Source: Torpedo marmorata
Lineage: Eukaryota
Length of the DNA stretch: 64,000 bases
Assembly: GCA_977017645.1 (NCBI GenBank)
Contig: OZ360238.1
Location: forward strand, 58,156,001-58,220,000
Reading direction: 5' to 3'
The stretch's first letter is position 1, and every line of letters starts with the position of its first letter. The translations under genes were made by a program, and so were the position numbers. This document shows positions 24,210 through 37,674 of the stretch, piece by piece. The notes below the pieces were generated by a model. The model saw nothing but the letters and a program-made list of their open reading frames with translations, did not search any database and was not told the DNA's origin.

Positions 24210-24800
24210 TTAAGTTTATTTGTGCATTATACATGATTCAGTGAGAAGGGTTCTTATGTGAGCAGACTAATAGGTTATCTCTAACATTCATACAGCTGTG
24301 TAAAGAGCACAATTTACGGAGTATAGTGTTACAATAAAAAGATCAATTAGTACCAAGTAAGGCCAGCGTGACAGTACTGTTGTGGGTTTCATTCGGAAGC
24401 CTGATGGCTATAGGGAAGAAATTTTCACTTTCATAAGCCTTTTCCCCATTGGAAGGAGGGAAAAGTGAATGTGTCAGGGATGTGATGGATCTTTCAGTAT
24501 GTGGCTGCCTTTCCTAGGCAGCAGGAAATGTAGATGGAGTCCATGGAGGGGAGAGATGTTGGTGTTATGTTTTGAGCTGCACTCTGAGAAGCTCCTATAC
24601 CACACTATGAATGCATCCAGTGAAAATGCACCAGTAGTTGTTGAGGGAGATGGGGGACATGCTAAACTTCCAGGGTGTTCTAAAAACGTCGAGGTGTTAG
24701 TGTATTTTCTTGACTGTTGCATCTTGATTGTTGTCCCAGATTAGGTCATTGGAAATGTTTATTCCTAAGAATGTGAAGCTATCTACCCTTTCCACAATGC
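24210..24800 (-). mobile_element. Old Rex1/Babar-type LINE 3' fragment
   Basis: Reverse frame gives ...AFIVWY.....LLPRKGSHILKDPSHP, matching the C-terminus of the better-preserved Rex copies in this window. Confidence 0.6.
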
Positions 24801-25821
24801 CATAACTAATTATTTTTTGAAAATTGACAAAGTTGAAGGTTTAAAAAGACTAATATTTTCTCTCAGAATCTATATTTAATGTTTGACTTATTTTATTCAA
24901 AGGTGCTGGCATCACAATCCATATCAGGTTTTTCCTCAATTTATGTGATTTGTAGAAGACTGGGTTCGCATATCTGTCTGAACACATCCCACAGCTTTTC
25001 CCATTAACAGCAGAAAGTAGCGGTGCTGTTACAATTCTCAGTACAGACTGTAATCAAAGAACTTCCCAATGGTTGTATGGTTATCAACAATAGGTGCAAA
25101 ACAGTCAAAAGTGTAGGGTGTATTGCAGCCAAGTGACAACCATGTATTGAGAAGCAATTACACCTCTATTTTATGACAATGTTTATTGTTTGCTGATGTA
25201 ACCCACTTCAGCATAATGCTTATTTGTGGTTATTTTATTACTTTCAGCAAAATCTATTTTACCACATGGTAGTTTTCAATCAATCTTTATTTAATGCTTA
25301 GAGTCTTGGTGCATTATATTTTCAGACACCCATAAAGCCTATGAGAGGAGCTGAGATGATTGCTTCATAATCTGACTTCCCATTACCATTTATAACGTGT
25401 TTTTCTTTTCTTTTGCGATGATGAGCAGTTCGCCCTACATGTTGACTATTTATTTCTGTGGTTAAAAAAATATTTTCCTGCACTACCCCCCTTTCTATAT
25501 ATCATCCTTTCTGAAAGGAAATGTTTAAGTAACAATTCCTAACGACTTGAACAAAGTTTTAAGTATGTGTGAATTTTAAGAGAATATTTTTCCTGGTCAA
25601 AGCTCAATCTTTATTGGAAAATTTGAAAAGAGTTGACAGGAGTGCTTCCCTCCAGCTGCTGCACAGTTGTGGAACAGCTGCTGACAACATCTGTGCATTC
25701 TGAGACATTGTACTTGCTGTTGCATGTTGGTATTTGATGGTTGAATGTTTTGATAACTTTCATTAATGCACTTTCCCCTTATTCTCTTCAGTGGACTATT
25801 CTGGTATTAAAAAAACAGTGA

Positions 25822-25895
25822 ATTGTTTCATACTTTCTGTACACAATGCAACCTGTTCATTGTTTCATACTTTCTGTACACAATGCAACCTGTTC
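25822..25895. repeat. Perfect 37-bp tandem duplication
   Basis: ATTGTTTCATACTTTCTGTACACAATGCAACCTGTTC x2. Confidence 0.95.
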
Positions 25896-28077
25896 AATTC
25901 TTGAGGTTACCAAACTCATCGTTGGAGATGGAAACTAAATTGGTCAGACTGCATTGAAATGAAGTCGTGTTGGTGTGGTTAAACACTCCGTGTTATGAAT
26001 ATATTTGATAACATCATGTTTCATTAATGTTATCAGACCCATTTCTACTGTGAATTCGAGATGTTCACTGAGAACAGAAGGAATGGGCTATCAAAATTCA
26101 CTTTAACCTTCAAATGAGTTAAAAAGGTCTAAGCAGAAACCAAACTGCATGATCTCTTCACAAAATATGATTATGTATTTCTGATAACAGTAGTTTTGAT
26201 ATGAGCAGGGAATCATCAGAATCAGAATTTATTGTCATGAACAAGTCATGAAATTCATTGTACATTATTTCACTAATTTCGTGCAAGTCTTTATTTATCC
26301 TTATTATTTTAACTTGCAAAGGAATCTCATATCAATTTCTTGAGGTGTCACCTGCTAAAAATGTCTTGATGTTGGGACCTGACATTGAAACACTTTTGTT
26401 TGTGACTTTAGATGATATCCTTATTGAACAATGTTGCTAAACACAATTCAAAGCCTTTTAACTTGGGCTGAAAGTCATATTTGCTAATTCTTGATGGCAT
26501 CTCATCACATCAGTGAAGAGGTTATTCAATTTGATGTTATGAGGAAAAAATGTTTGTAATATTTCTCTTTAATTGTTAACAATTTTTGGACTGAAAGGTC
26601 ATAAAGTGAATGCAGCACATTGTCTGTTTTGTTTTCAAAGGTGCCACATAGATATCCATCAATTAAACTCTTCCTAATGTGTCTTTGAAATATGCATGAT
26701 GGCAATTTAAATTATTTCCCTCCAATTCAACTGTTTCTTAAGAGCTGAATTTATCTACCAATTATTAACTGGACTTTGTTTGAATCCTCTCCAATTACTT
26801 TGAACAATGGAAAACATTTTTACATAGGGCAGAAGAAATGTATAAATCCATTCACCAGTTTACTCAGCAGAATCGATGTTGTATAAGCTTTATTAAATAA
26901 ATTTCTAATAATATTAATTACTTGGACATTCAGAATTTAGCAGGACGTCCCCCTACAATGCAGTGCAAACTAGCTGATTCGCTGTCTCTCACATTCTTAA
27001 ACTCAAAATGAGTGTTTACTGGTGGATATAGGCGAATAAACGAACCCAGGTATCCCCTCTCGAAAACTCATAAAAGGGTAGAAGCGAAAGCAGATTAAAA
27101 CCATATGAACTGGGATAAATCCCTGCCGATCAACGGATGTAATCTCCTTTGATTCCAGCAGATATATTTCCCAACACGAACATATCCCGGGTTATTTAAT
27201 TCTCTTTGTCTGCTTACAGCGGCTATTCTACTCAAGCCCATATCTCAGCGGGAAATCTCGGAAATCGATAGTTTTCAAAGTCTTTTGCCCTCGGAAATTA
27301 ATCAGCGCATTGTATATTGCCTTTAGCCCCTCGGTTATAAGGACGTCCTTTTACTGTCTAATATTATGCTCTGATATCACTCTATGTTCATGATCGATTG
27401 AAGTGTTTGTTCATACTCTCTGTTTATAATCGGGTTTTGTTACTTTCAATTACTTTTTTTTGCGTGGATTAAAGGCTTAATGCTACATCTTTCTGAAATC
27501 ATCTTTGGATAAAACTATATTTATACAGGCAAATGTACTGTTAAAGTGTGTACCATGCTAACATGCGTGTACCATTGTTTTGAGTATTACATAAATCAGA
27601 CCTTGAACGTGAGTCCATAACTACACATTTGTTTCGAACTACATTTTTGTTTCTTAATTTAAATGGCAAGATAATAATATATCCCAAACGTAAAAGCATT
27701 GGTCTTTCTGGAATTTCACGAAATGAAACCTGTAACCTGTCACTGCGTTTTAGAATGATTCACGCAGAATGATCTACCGCTCCGAAACAGGCCATTCCGT
27801 CCAAACAGCTCATACCGGCGCTGTGCTCCAACTGCACTGCTCATCAATATCTATCAACATATTATCATCATTCTCACATCCCTCACATGCTTTTCCAATT
27901 GCCCACTGAGTGGCCCCTCCAACTATTCTATGTATTCTGCATATTTTGCAAAATAGCATTTTTATCCTTATTATCAGATCGGACAATTGCAAATTCCACT
28001 TTTTTCCAGTTTCACAGATTCCTCGGCTCATCGGTTACGCATCCGTACCACTAAAAAGAGCCATAAATATGTCATAA

Positions 28078-28184
28078 AAGTAAAAACACAAAGCTGGAGA
28101 AACGCAGCAGGTCAAGCAGTGTACTTTATGTAAAGTTATTAAAGATATATAACCAACGTTTCGGGCTTGAGCCCTTCATCAAGG
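28078..28184 (-). mobile_element. Solo PLE terminal fragment with an intact hammerhead-like motif
   Basis: Reverse complement CCTTGATGAAGGGCTCAAGCCCGAAACGTTGGTTATA...GACCTGCTGCGTTTCTCCAGC; same family as 1941-2082. Confidence 0.88.
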
Positions 28185-28299
28185 TCATCCTTTCGATCTC
28201 TGCCAATAAATATTTCAGTGCATCTGAACTACACACAAAGAAAACCGAAAGAATCCACTCGGAGGGTTTCGCAGGTAAAGACATTCTTCCAGCAATTTG

Positions 28300-28760
28300 C
28301 TACCTCCTCATCGCCGGGACTCTTGATTGACAGGAGTGCCTGTGAAGCGCAGCGCCGGCTGGGAAATGTAGTTCACTCCGTGAGGCCAACTCGTGCAAAA
28401 CAACAGATCCATCGGCATCGCCCCTCGCTGATTGGTCGAGCGCCGCTTATTTGCATCGCCAGCGAACCAGTTGCCGGGACGGTCGGCCGCTGGTATGGAC
28501 GATATGCTAATCACACTGACCACACCCCCTAGCCGGCGACGGCTACCCCCCCCCTCCCCTATCTACTTCCGCTCGAGCCTGGTGGTTGTCAAGGCAGCGG
28601 ATCGGGCGACCGGAAGCGTGCTGGGGGTGGGAGTTGAGTCCCCTCACGCCGAGAAACGGCGTCGAGGAGGCGAAGTGCGGCTTTCACGTTAACTCTCGTT
28701 TACCCCAGAGGGGGTGTGGAAGGTGGGCCTGCAACACGGCGCCAGACCTGTGGGTAAGTC
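28300..28760 (+). promoter_or_regulatory. CpG-island promoter and first exon of a transcript divergent from IRX5 (CRNDE position)
   Basis: High GC and CpG. Motifs: ZNF143/THAP11 TGGGAAATGTAGT 28360-28372, CCAAT (reverse) 28431-28435, octamer ATTTGCAT 28449-28456, ETS ACTTCCG 28565 and CCGGAAG 28610. Consensus donor TGG|GTAAGT at 28754. Confidence 0.7.
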
Positions 28761-30399
28761 ACGTTCGTGTTTATCCCGGGGCTTTTAATTCCTCCGTGCA
28801 CTGTGCCTCCCAGTGCAAAGTTGCAACTGCAATGTGCTCAATGCCAAGGAAACGAGCAGGCGATTTAAAACGAAATCTGTGAATTATTCATTGCATTGTG
28901 GCAGTGATTTAAATTGGGTGTTATTTCTTGCGAGGTGTATGCTCTAAGTGGCACGTTTAAAGTTTTTGCCGGTTGCTTTATCGGGATTTGGAACATGTTA
29001 TAAATCAGTGACATGGTGTGAAACGGGGAGAACAAAGTGTTCCATTCTGGACGGAGAGCAGGTGTAGCCAAGCTTGCAGCGGACTTTCAGTTCATATTCT
29101 GGTTGTGGGTGACTGTGAGGGGAGTATACTGGGACGTTGTTGCAGATTTTTTTTTCCCCCCAGCACGTCCAGGGCAAAGCCGTCAAATGCAATTTACCCC
29201 TTTTCAGTTGAAATTCCTGACCTGAAACTGATTGCAACCCGCAGGTTTGCTTTGATGAAATCGGCACTCGTCGGCACCTTTTTTTTTTCCTTAACAGCCA
29301 AGTAAACAGGCGGCCCCGTCTTAGTTTTTTTTTAACGACTGGATAGTATGATCTGTGTATCTTTCGAGAAACAAAACCGATATTAGAATCCTCCATTACG
29401 AATAATTAAGAACATGTAAGTATATCTTCAAACGTTAATGTTTCTAAAATCTGTACATCATTGTAAATGTCGGTATAATGTAAATCTATATAAAATGAAT
29501 ATAATTATGTAATGCATCATTTCAACGTAAAATATATTGAATACTCACAATATTTCTTAAAAGAAATAAATATGAATAGTATTGGATCCAAAATAATACT
29601 GCTTGGCGTGTTTGCCTGTTTTTATGTAATCAATGTAATTGAAATCTTATTCCAAAATAAGATGAAATGTTAATCTTTCTGCTAATGTTGTAGTTATGTG
29701 ATTCAAAATTTATCTTTAAAGACTATTTTAAACATCCTTGCTAGAGAAGTAAAATTTTGATAACAAATATGAATTATTTTTCCCATGAACCGAAAAATGC
29801 TTATAGCCAGTGTATATTGAGTTGTTAATTTATAACTATCCAAATTCTTTTACTGCCACCATATCTAATGCATTGATTGTAAAAGTATATCAGTAAATTT
29901 GACAATTTTATTATGCCTATCATGTTGATTCTGTAGTGTTGGCGTTGCAAGATTAACATGAGACAATTAAAACTGAGTGATCATTAATATCTGTAGCAAT
30001 TTTGTGGCATAACTTTGCCTATGGAGACTGTTTCTAAATGTAATATTTGTCTTGCTATAGGTATGGGACAACTGCACAACATTGTTACTTCTGAAGATGT
30101 GTAAAGTGGCTGTCTGTATAAGACAATGCAGATTTTTAATTATGTTTGGAATGTGATCAATTACTGATCAGGCTGAGCTTTATTCCTGGAAATAATATAG
30201 TTATGTAATTTACCAATGGCATGTGGTGTCAAAACTGCCTCATTTTAAAATTTCAATAATTTTGGCAATTCCTTTCCCTTTCAGTTGTTACAGGAAACCA
30301 CTTTTAAAATCCTGAAAATAAATGCATACTTTATGATATTTTGTACCATTTTAGAAATTTCTGAAATTAACAGTTGTGGGGAAAAAAAACAAATATTAT

Positions 30400-30760
30400 T
30401 AATGCACTTGTAAATGTGTTTCCCGATTAGAAGTGGAGCCACAGCAATGATCATGTAAATTATGTCAATATGCCAATAATATAATTTGAAAATATTCCAA
30501 CTGGGACACAAGAATTACGGAGATTTGGGCAGAAGCTCAGGGTAATGAGTGACAGCTCAAGTATTTTCACTTGTGTTTACTTTCATTAGTTGCATTCTAA
30601 TGCAAAAATATCCAGTGATCATGTATTTCTATGGTGGTAGAAGCGGCTATTAACCTATCGCAGGTGGTAGAATTCTTGACCCACTACAGAATAGCTACAA
30701 GTTAAAGCCTGTCTGTCACTTCCTGCCTGTCTGTCGCATTTGTTTGTCACTGCTTGGGCT
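30400..30760. promoter_or_regulatory. Candidate conserved non-coding element
   Basis: Unique non-coding block with TAAT, TGACAG/CTGTCA and TGTTTAC (Fox) motifs, upstream of IRX5. Conservation is untested. Confidence 0.4.
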
Positions 30761-31276
30761 TTATCAATGCTCAGCTGCTGCTTCAGTACTGAATGCTAAG
30801 AGGAGATGCTCCATCTTGGGACAGCAAACTGTAAGTCAGTATGGTTTAAGACTTCGAAAAATCTACCCTGGTAATATCTTAAGGAAGATTATGAATAAAA
30901 TAAATTGGTTATATGTAAAAATAAATTGCATAACACAGTATTTTTTGTCAACTATACTAAAAATGTTTATTGCAGACTAGCTTTTTCTGAACATTTTTAT
31001 CCTTTTTTATGCAGAAACAGAATTCTTCAAATGTGTACTTGTATAAGTTGGGTCTGTCCTAGAAGAGGAGGTAAGGCTAGCCTATTGAAATCAATTTTGA
31101 TACACATTTAAAATGAATTTGATTATCAAAATAGCTAAGAAATATCTATAATTATAAATGAATGCAAAATTGTTTAGTTTTATTTTACTCATGACTTTAA
31201 CAGTACTGAACTGCAGATCTTTAGATTCTATTTTTGTCAGATCTCTTGGAGATAGAACATTTTCTGTTGTTAAACA

Positions 31277-31585
31277 AGAAAATCTGTGGACGCTGTGTTT
31301 GTAGTCTAGACAAAAATGCTGGAGAAACTTAGCAAGTCGCGCAGCGTTCTTTACATAGTAAAATACATAACCAACCTTTCTGGCCTGATCCCTTCATCAA
31401 TGTGTGAGCAAAATGCAGGCAGGTGCCTGAATAAAATGGTGGGGGATGGGAAGGGGGAGGAGCACAGGCCCACTGGCAAGAAGTCATAGGCAGAGGGCAC
31501 AAGAGAATAAAAGCTGAGAAGTGATGGGATTTGGGGGGGGGGGGGGGGAAGGGGGAGATAGCTCTCTGAATGAAGAGGTGGCGAG
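31277..31585 (-). mobile_element. PLE 3' terminal fragment (degenerate hammerhead-like motif)
   Basis: AATGCTGGAGAAACTTAGCAAGTC...CCAACCTTTCTGGCCTGATCCCTTCATCAA is the reverse complement of the 1900-2082 family. Confidence 0.82.
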
Positions 31586-33584
31586 CTGATTGGTGTGTTA
31601 GCCTATGCTACGTAGCAGTGAGAACTTTGAATAGTAGTCCATTCTAGTGATAGCAAAAATTTTGAAACTGAATCTCTTTGGGTATTAGGGGAGATGACCA
31701 AAATATTAATAAAGGGGAAGGTTTTTAAGAACATTATATGGAAGGAAAGGGGGTTGAAGTGAGATAGAATTTCATAGCTTTTGCATGTGGGAGCTGAAGG
31801 TACAACTGGTGGAGCCATTAAATGTGGTATTAATCAATAAGGCAAAATTGGAGAAATGCAAATATTCCAAAGGTTGTTAAGGATGGAAGAGGTTACATAA
31901 AGAGGGAGGGGGCAAGGAATGGAGATATGGGGAAAAACAGAATTTGAAAATGGATATATTGCAGGGGTGAAAAGTGTATAAGATTTTTTTTAAGTGTGTA
32001 ATGGTTTACAATGGAATAAATCAAACAAAGCCAGCTGTTGGTAATAATCTAGTTGAGGTGTAACTAAAGGTTCAGCACCAGTTAAACTGAGATGGGGGCT
32101 AATATGGGCAAGATTAGATGAGGGAAAATTGGTGGCTTTTGATTTGGTGAAAATAAATGGTCTGATGCCCATCTGGATAAAATATTTATTCTTTTGTATC
32201 TGTTTTGTAACAAATAAACTTCAATTTGAGTCAGAATATTTTTTCAGCAGAATGGAAATTGAAGAGTAGTCAATGTTCCTTGTATGCATTTATCTTGAGA
32301 GTATTAAAGTTATTTTGCAGGTTCTTAACTTTTCAACATCATCACTGTATATGCAGCGTTGCAGGAGTGTTGTGTTTAAATGTAAACAATGAGAAAAATT
32401 GGAATGAATGCCACAGCAAAATTATAGGAGAATTATAATTACCTTGCATAAAAATAAATGGAAGATCACTACTCAATTAAATTCAAATGATTACATTTTA
32501 TTACAAACTTCTCAAATACAGTATATTAACTCAACTTTACGCATAAAACTACTAAATTATAATTTGGATTGAAAGGTTTTTCAAGATTTTGAAGCAACAG
32601 CTTGTGTAATTTAGTAAACCAATGAAAGCATAAACAGCCTATCGGATATCGAAATTTCCTCCTTGTGAGAAATACAAAACCAAATGTTGAAGCTAAAGCC
32701 TTCCTTTTTGTGAACTGCTGGTTTATAGTATATAGAATTGTATGAATAAGCAACTGAAGATAAAAGTGCAATGGTTTTTACATTTTTGTTTTGAATCTGC
32801 AAACTTCACATGAATATGTGTTTCTTATTTGAATTATACTCTTGAAATGGTTCTGAAACATATTTACAAATGGCAGATGATGAAATGTATTCTCATGGAG
32901 ATTCCAAATTATTATATCTGATCTAGGTGAGAAAGTGGTGCACACGATCTTTTAATTTATTTCCCAGAATTGAAAACACAAGTTTCTTAATAACATGAGT
33001 AATAAAAAGATAGATTGACACTACGGCATCTGTAACAATTATAGTTTGAATGTTACCAATGCTTTTCACTTCTATTGCTTATTTGGTGTATTATTTCCAA
33101 TATAATCACTACTAAGTCTTGAGGCTTGCTCCAAATTTTCTTAAACTTTCATATATGCTTGTGGCTCTTTCTGCAAAATTACTTCGGTTGATCTGCCATT
33201 TAATGTAATATACTCTTTAAACTTTGGACCTTTTTTATATCAACTTTTTAAAAATTAACTTAATCATGCTATTTCTTTACTCTCTTTAATGGGAAAATAA
33301 CTTAATTTAATAAACTCAGGATTTTAAGTAAGATTAATTCTTGAAATATAAAAAGTTGGTCTAATGTCTGTAAATTTGAATTCTGCTGTTCCTCGCCATA
33401 TTTCATTACCTAGTTGCCTGGTGTTATTTCTGTTCCTTTCGTTGCCTTCGTAGGATGAAGACAGATTAAGTAAAACAATGGCAGATGCAGTGCAGTATGG
33501 GTAAATGAGGCTTTCTTCATGTCATGAGGCAGGGAACCTTTGAAGATTAAGAGATTTTGGTGTCAATTCCAACAAATCATTCAC

Positions 33585-35250
33585 AAAAAACTAACTGCTG
33601 GAGGAACTCAGTAGGTCGAGCAGCTTCTGTGTCAGGGGGTGTGGGAGGAGTGGCATTGTGGATATTTCTGGTTGAGATCCTCCAAGAGGACTGAGAGTGA
33701 AGACGGAAAATAGCTAATATACAGAGAAAAGGTGAAGGAATGACATGAGCAAGTAGATGACAGATGGATGGAGGAGGGTTGAAGATGAATGGAGCCAGGT
33801 GGGGGGAGGGAAGGGTGAAGATGGGAAACTGGCAGATTGGTGATATGTGGAAGCAAACAGGGAAAAAAGGAGCAAATGGAACAAGAGTGGGAGAGGTGGA
33901 GGAAGAGAATTAGAAGGAGTAGACAGCTGCTGGTGAGTGATAAATGAAAACATAAAGGCAACTAGTGCTGGAATTTAATAAGGATGTTGGTAATAGGAGC
34001 CATTGGGAAAGAGGTGAAGGACCAATGGAACCACATTGGGGAGGTGATAAAGTGGATGAAATGTGTGGGTAGTAGGTGGATGGAACAAGGAGGAGAGATT
34101 GAAAGCAGGGGGTGGGGGTAAGAGGAACAACACTTGTTGTTCTGCCTGGGTAGTTCCAACCCAATTGTATGAACATTACATTTTGAAATTTCAGGTAGCC
34201 TTTTCCTCGCGTGTTTTCCCCTTCTCTGCTTCTGATCCATCTCTGCTTCTGATCCACCTCTCCCTCCTGGTTTATCCACAGAAAGGCATGCCTTCCATTG
34301 AAAGCAGAGGGGTGTGAGGTTAGGTTAAAGGAGAGGTGCACTGAGAGGTTTTAGAGTTTGGCCTTTCAAAGAGGAGCGGGAGAATTCGTGGCCAGGGGGA
34401 TGTGGGAAGGAAAGACTTCATGAGGAACGTGCTGGATGAGGAGGTGCGAAGGGGGCAAGATCGAGAAGAGTGGGAGGGGATGCTCTGAAGGAGCATATGG
34501 AACTCTGAGGGAAGGATGTAGTGGATGGTTCTTGGAGGGAGAGAGTGATTGGGCTCTCTGAGAAGGCCAGTGATGGGAAAGAGAACATCTGAGATTTGTG
34601 ATGACACAGGGTAGGTATGGGGTAGGAGGTAGTTTGGGATTTGGTGCAGAATGGCAAGGGGGCCGGCTCCAAGGGAGTTTAGTTCAAAGGGAGGGCTGGT
34701 GAAGGGGAGAGTGCAGGAGATGGAGGATTAGGGTTAATTTCTGGGAGAGTTGGAATGTAGTCTTGGCAGAGTGATTGTGAAGAAAGCGAAGCTGGGGTTG
34801 TAAGGTTGTGAGAGAAGGGAGCTCTGAGTGATAGGGAAGGTGTACTGGGGGAAGGCCGAGAAGCGATGTGACTGATAGTCTCTTGAGAGGCTTCTGAGGA
34901 GAGGCATGGAGAGGATCTGAAGGAAGATTTAATGAGAAGATTGAGCATATGGGTGGGGTGTTGTGAGGGTGACAATGGGGTATGAGATTGTTATTGGGTA
35001 GATCTGAGGGAAAGGGTGCTGAGGGATGGAATAGGTTGGGAGACTGGTAATTCTGTGGATTTTGGTGGAAACAAGAACATGTGATTGTGAATGGATAGTG
35101 TGTTTGTGCATGTCCATGTTCAAGTGGTAGAACTTCATAATGGAAGCCTTGTCAATGGACCAAGATCTCACTCTGTCAGGGCTATGTGATGGCACTTGTG
35201 CCATAATTACATGCAGGTAAGTAGAATTTGTGCACTGGCATCTTCCTCTT
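33585..35250 (-). mobile_element. Old Penelope-like element with an internal inverted segment
   Basis: Terminal motif CTGCTGGAGGAACTCAGTAGGTC and a strong G/A skew on the + strand mirror the element at 1-2082. About 34120-34190 encodes the GIY-YIG C-terminus (EEQHLLFCLGS..P..MNI) on the + strand. Confidence 0.7.
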
Positions 35251-36047
35251 GATACAAGCAAGTCATCCTTCCTGCCTCGAGACTACCTTAAGACCACTTT
35301 AAAGTAACATTCAGGATTCAGGTTTTCTCCTTTAATGTACACTAATGAGGTTTCTCTTTCCACTGAGATTAAAAAAAAAAAAAAGGAATCAGCTAAAAAA
35401 ATAATTGTTAAAGTTTACCAGGTATTTCTTCAATGTTTGTGTATCAGGGTTTCTATTGCTGCTCTTTACAATTGGGGAGTAACTGCTGGAAATAGAGAAT
35501 TGATGAAGCTGAAGAACCATAGGGAAGACTAAAATACTTCTGTTTTGTATGATTACTTTTTGTATCCTATTTTTGCATTTTATTACATACACATCTAGAA
35601 CTGATATTGGTTTGATAGCAAGGTGGTAATTATATTAAATCATACAATATGCCATGGATGATTGAAAGCACTGCTCTCAGGATGTTTTTACAGATGAACA
35701 CTTGTTGCACTATGTCCATGCTTCTTTGATCTTCAACTTTTGAACGTTTATTTGTTTGAAAAGAGCTGCCCTGGTTGAGAATTTGGTCTAAGCAAATCTC
35801 ATGAAAACAGTTAAATTAGGTACAAGGCCATTGGTTTGGGTATTGTACAGTTTTTAGAAATTTCTCACTGTACATTTTATTTCTAAAACATTTTAGAAAA
35901 GTTGTAAAAATCTTGAATATTTGGAACTTAATAATTTATGTTCAATTTTAACAAAATGTTTGGTTGAAAACAAAAACAAGGTACAGAAGTAAAATTACAA
36001 CTGTATCACTGCAAAATGGATTTATTTAAGTGACTATGGTTTACCGT

Positions 36048-36703
36048 TGTGTTTGGAAAGTATCAGGTTCGGTGGGTTCACAGAGACGAGTCTGGACACA
36101 AGTGTTACAATCAGAGGTAACTTTATTGAACACATGGGAGACAAACAGGGGAAGACGTCAAATGATACTTAATTACTCTACTACTAAACAACTATATAGG
36201 CATTCACATTGGACCCAGGTTGGACTTCGATACCAGTGGCGGCCTAGCTTCTACAGTACACGCTCCCGCACGTGTACACACTTCACAGACAGGGACTTTC
36301 AAACATACTCCAGATTCCCTGTACCAATGAGGGTGCGGCTCTCTGCAAGCACTGATCTATCGCAGAACTACGGCTCAACTTAAGTGTAGTGCACACCTTA
36401 CCTGCAACTCCTCCAGCGATGTCCACAGTAGCGATCTGGCATGGAGTGATGTCTGGGACTTGGACCAAGAGGCAGAGAGAAAGAAATGTGGTATGCATCG
36501 ATGTTTTGTACTGTTCTGAGCTGGGCGTCTGCCCAGTGATGACACTGAGTCATTTAAATGAGCTAATGGTAAGGTGTGTACTAATGGGTGGCTGGAGTCC
36601 AACCTTGATTGGCAGGTGATGCGACTTCCGAATAAGTTTCAGACAGGGAGGTCATGAGACCATCCACAATGTTACAGACAGGGAAGCCATGTGTTTTTCC
36701 ACA
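36048..36703 (-). mobile_element. Probable solo LTR
   Basis: TGTG...CACA ends; AATAAA on the minus strand at ~36122; CCAAT on the minus strand at ~36609; CpGs retained. The TSD is not resolved. Confidence 0.45.
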
Positions 36704-37674
36704 TATAACAGTAGTGCAGTGATCCTTTCTGGTTTTGCAATGCTTACGTTGTGTACATGCTTATTCTTAATTGAGAGCATGAGTGATTATATATTCAGGA
36801 TTATTGGGCAATTTAAGCTGCAATATTAAAAAATAAGCACTTTGCAAAGTATTTTCTGAATTATTTTCACATTTTTCGGTATTATTCATCTGTGCACAAA
36901 TGCCGGTCCACTAATTTGGACTGTTTGATCTGATTTTTCACAACAGTACATCTCCCATATCAAAATGTTAACCAAGAAAATAGCTGTAAGGATAAATATC
37001 TGTTTTCTCATCCATTAAATGACCCCAGCCATCTAATCAGTAATGGCAAAATTCCTTTTATACTCTTTCACTAGCCTTTCATCACATGCCTTTAGTCTAT
37101 TACGCAATTTTCCTTTTAAATGTTTTACCATTTAGTAGTTTTAGAACATCCTCTATGCAGTCTACAATAATAAGTCTGGTAGCTATTTATAAGTCAATTT
37201 CCATAAATTAAGGCTTTGGCATTTATTAAATATTGGTGTGTTTCTTTGTTTTTTATTTATTGTTTTCAATTACCAAGTTTTGAATGCTTTCTAATTTTAC
37301 ACGAAGCATAACATTTTGTTTGAATCCATTATAACAAAATAGTTTGAACAAATGTCTAACAATTAATATAATTAAAACTTGTTTTAATATTACCTTGCAT
37401 GTTTTGTACTTGCCATTATTTTCTTTCCACTCGCCATCCTGCAATTCCTTTCCCCAGATGTAATTTTAATATAGCACCCTTCTTCCATAAAGCCACCTAT
37501 AATGTATGAAAAATAACTCTTTTACATATTCCTCATGCTCAAACTCTCCAAATTACATGCTGATATTGAGTTACTAACTCTGAATAATAGAATGAAAGCC
37601 ATCCCTTGACATTGGAATTGAGGAATGTGACAATTTCTTTTGTGTACATGTGACCATTTTATGCATTCTTAATA

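Noticed and set aside
25822-25895. 37-bp repeat as a CRISPR-like array
   Set aside because: Two adjacent copies with no spacer, in a eukaryotic context; a simple tandem duplication.
28350-28700. ZNF143 plus octamer suggested an snRNA-type gene (DSE)
   Set aside because: No convincing PSE and no recognisable snRNA body. ETS and CCAAT sites plus a splice donor fit an ordinary Pol II promoter better.
32876-32925. ATGATGA...CTGA as a C/D-box snoRNA
   Set aside because: Only ~45 nt between the boxes, a minimal terminal stem and no recognisable guide sequence.
33454-33500. Apparent small coding exon (AG|GATGAAGAC...TATGG|GT)
   Set aside because: The sequence resembles a decayed CR1 RT segment (DRL...WQM....KCE).
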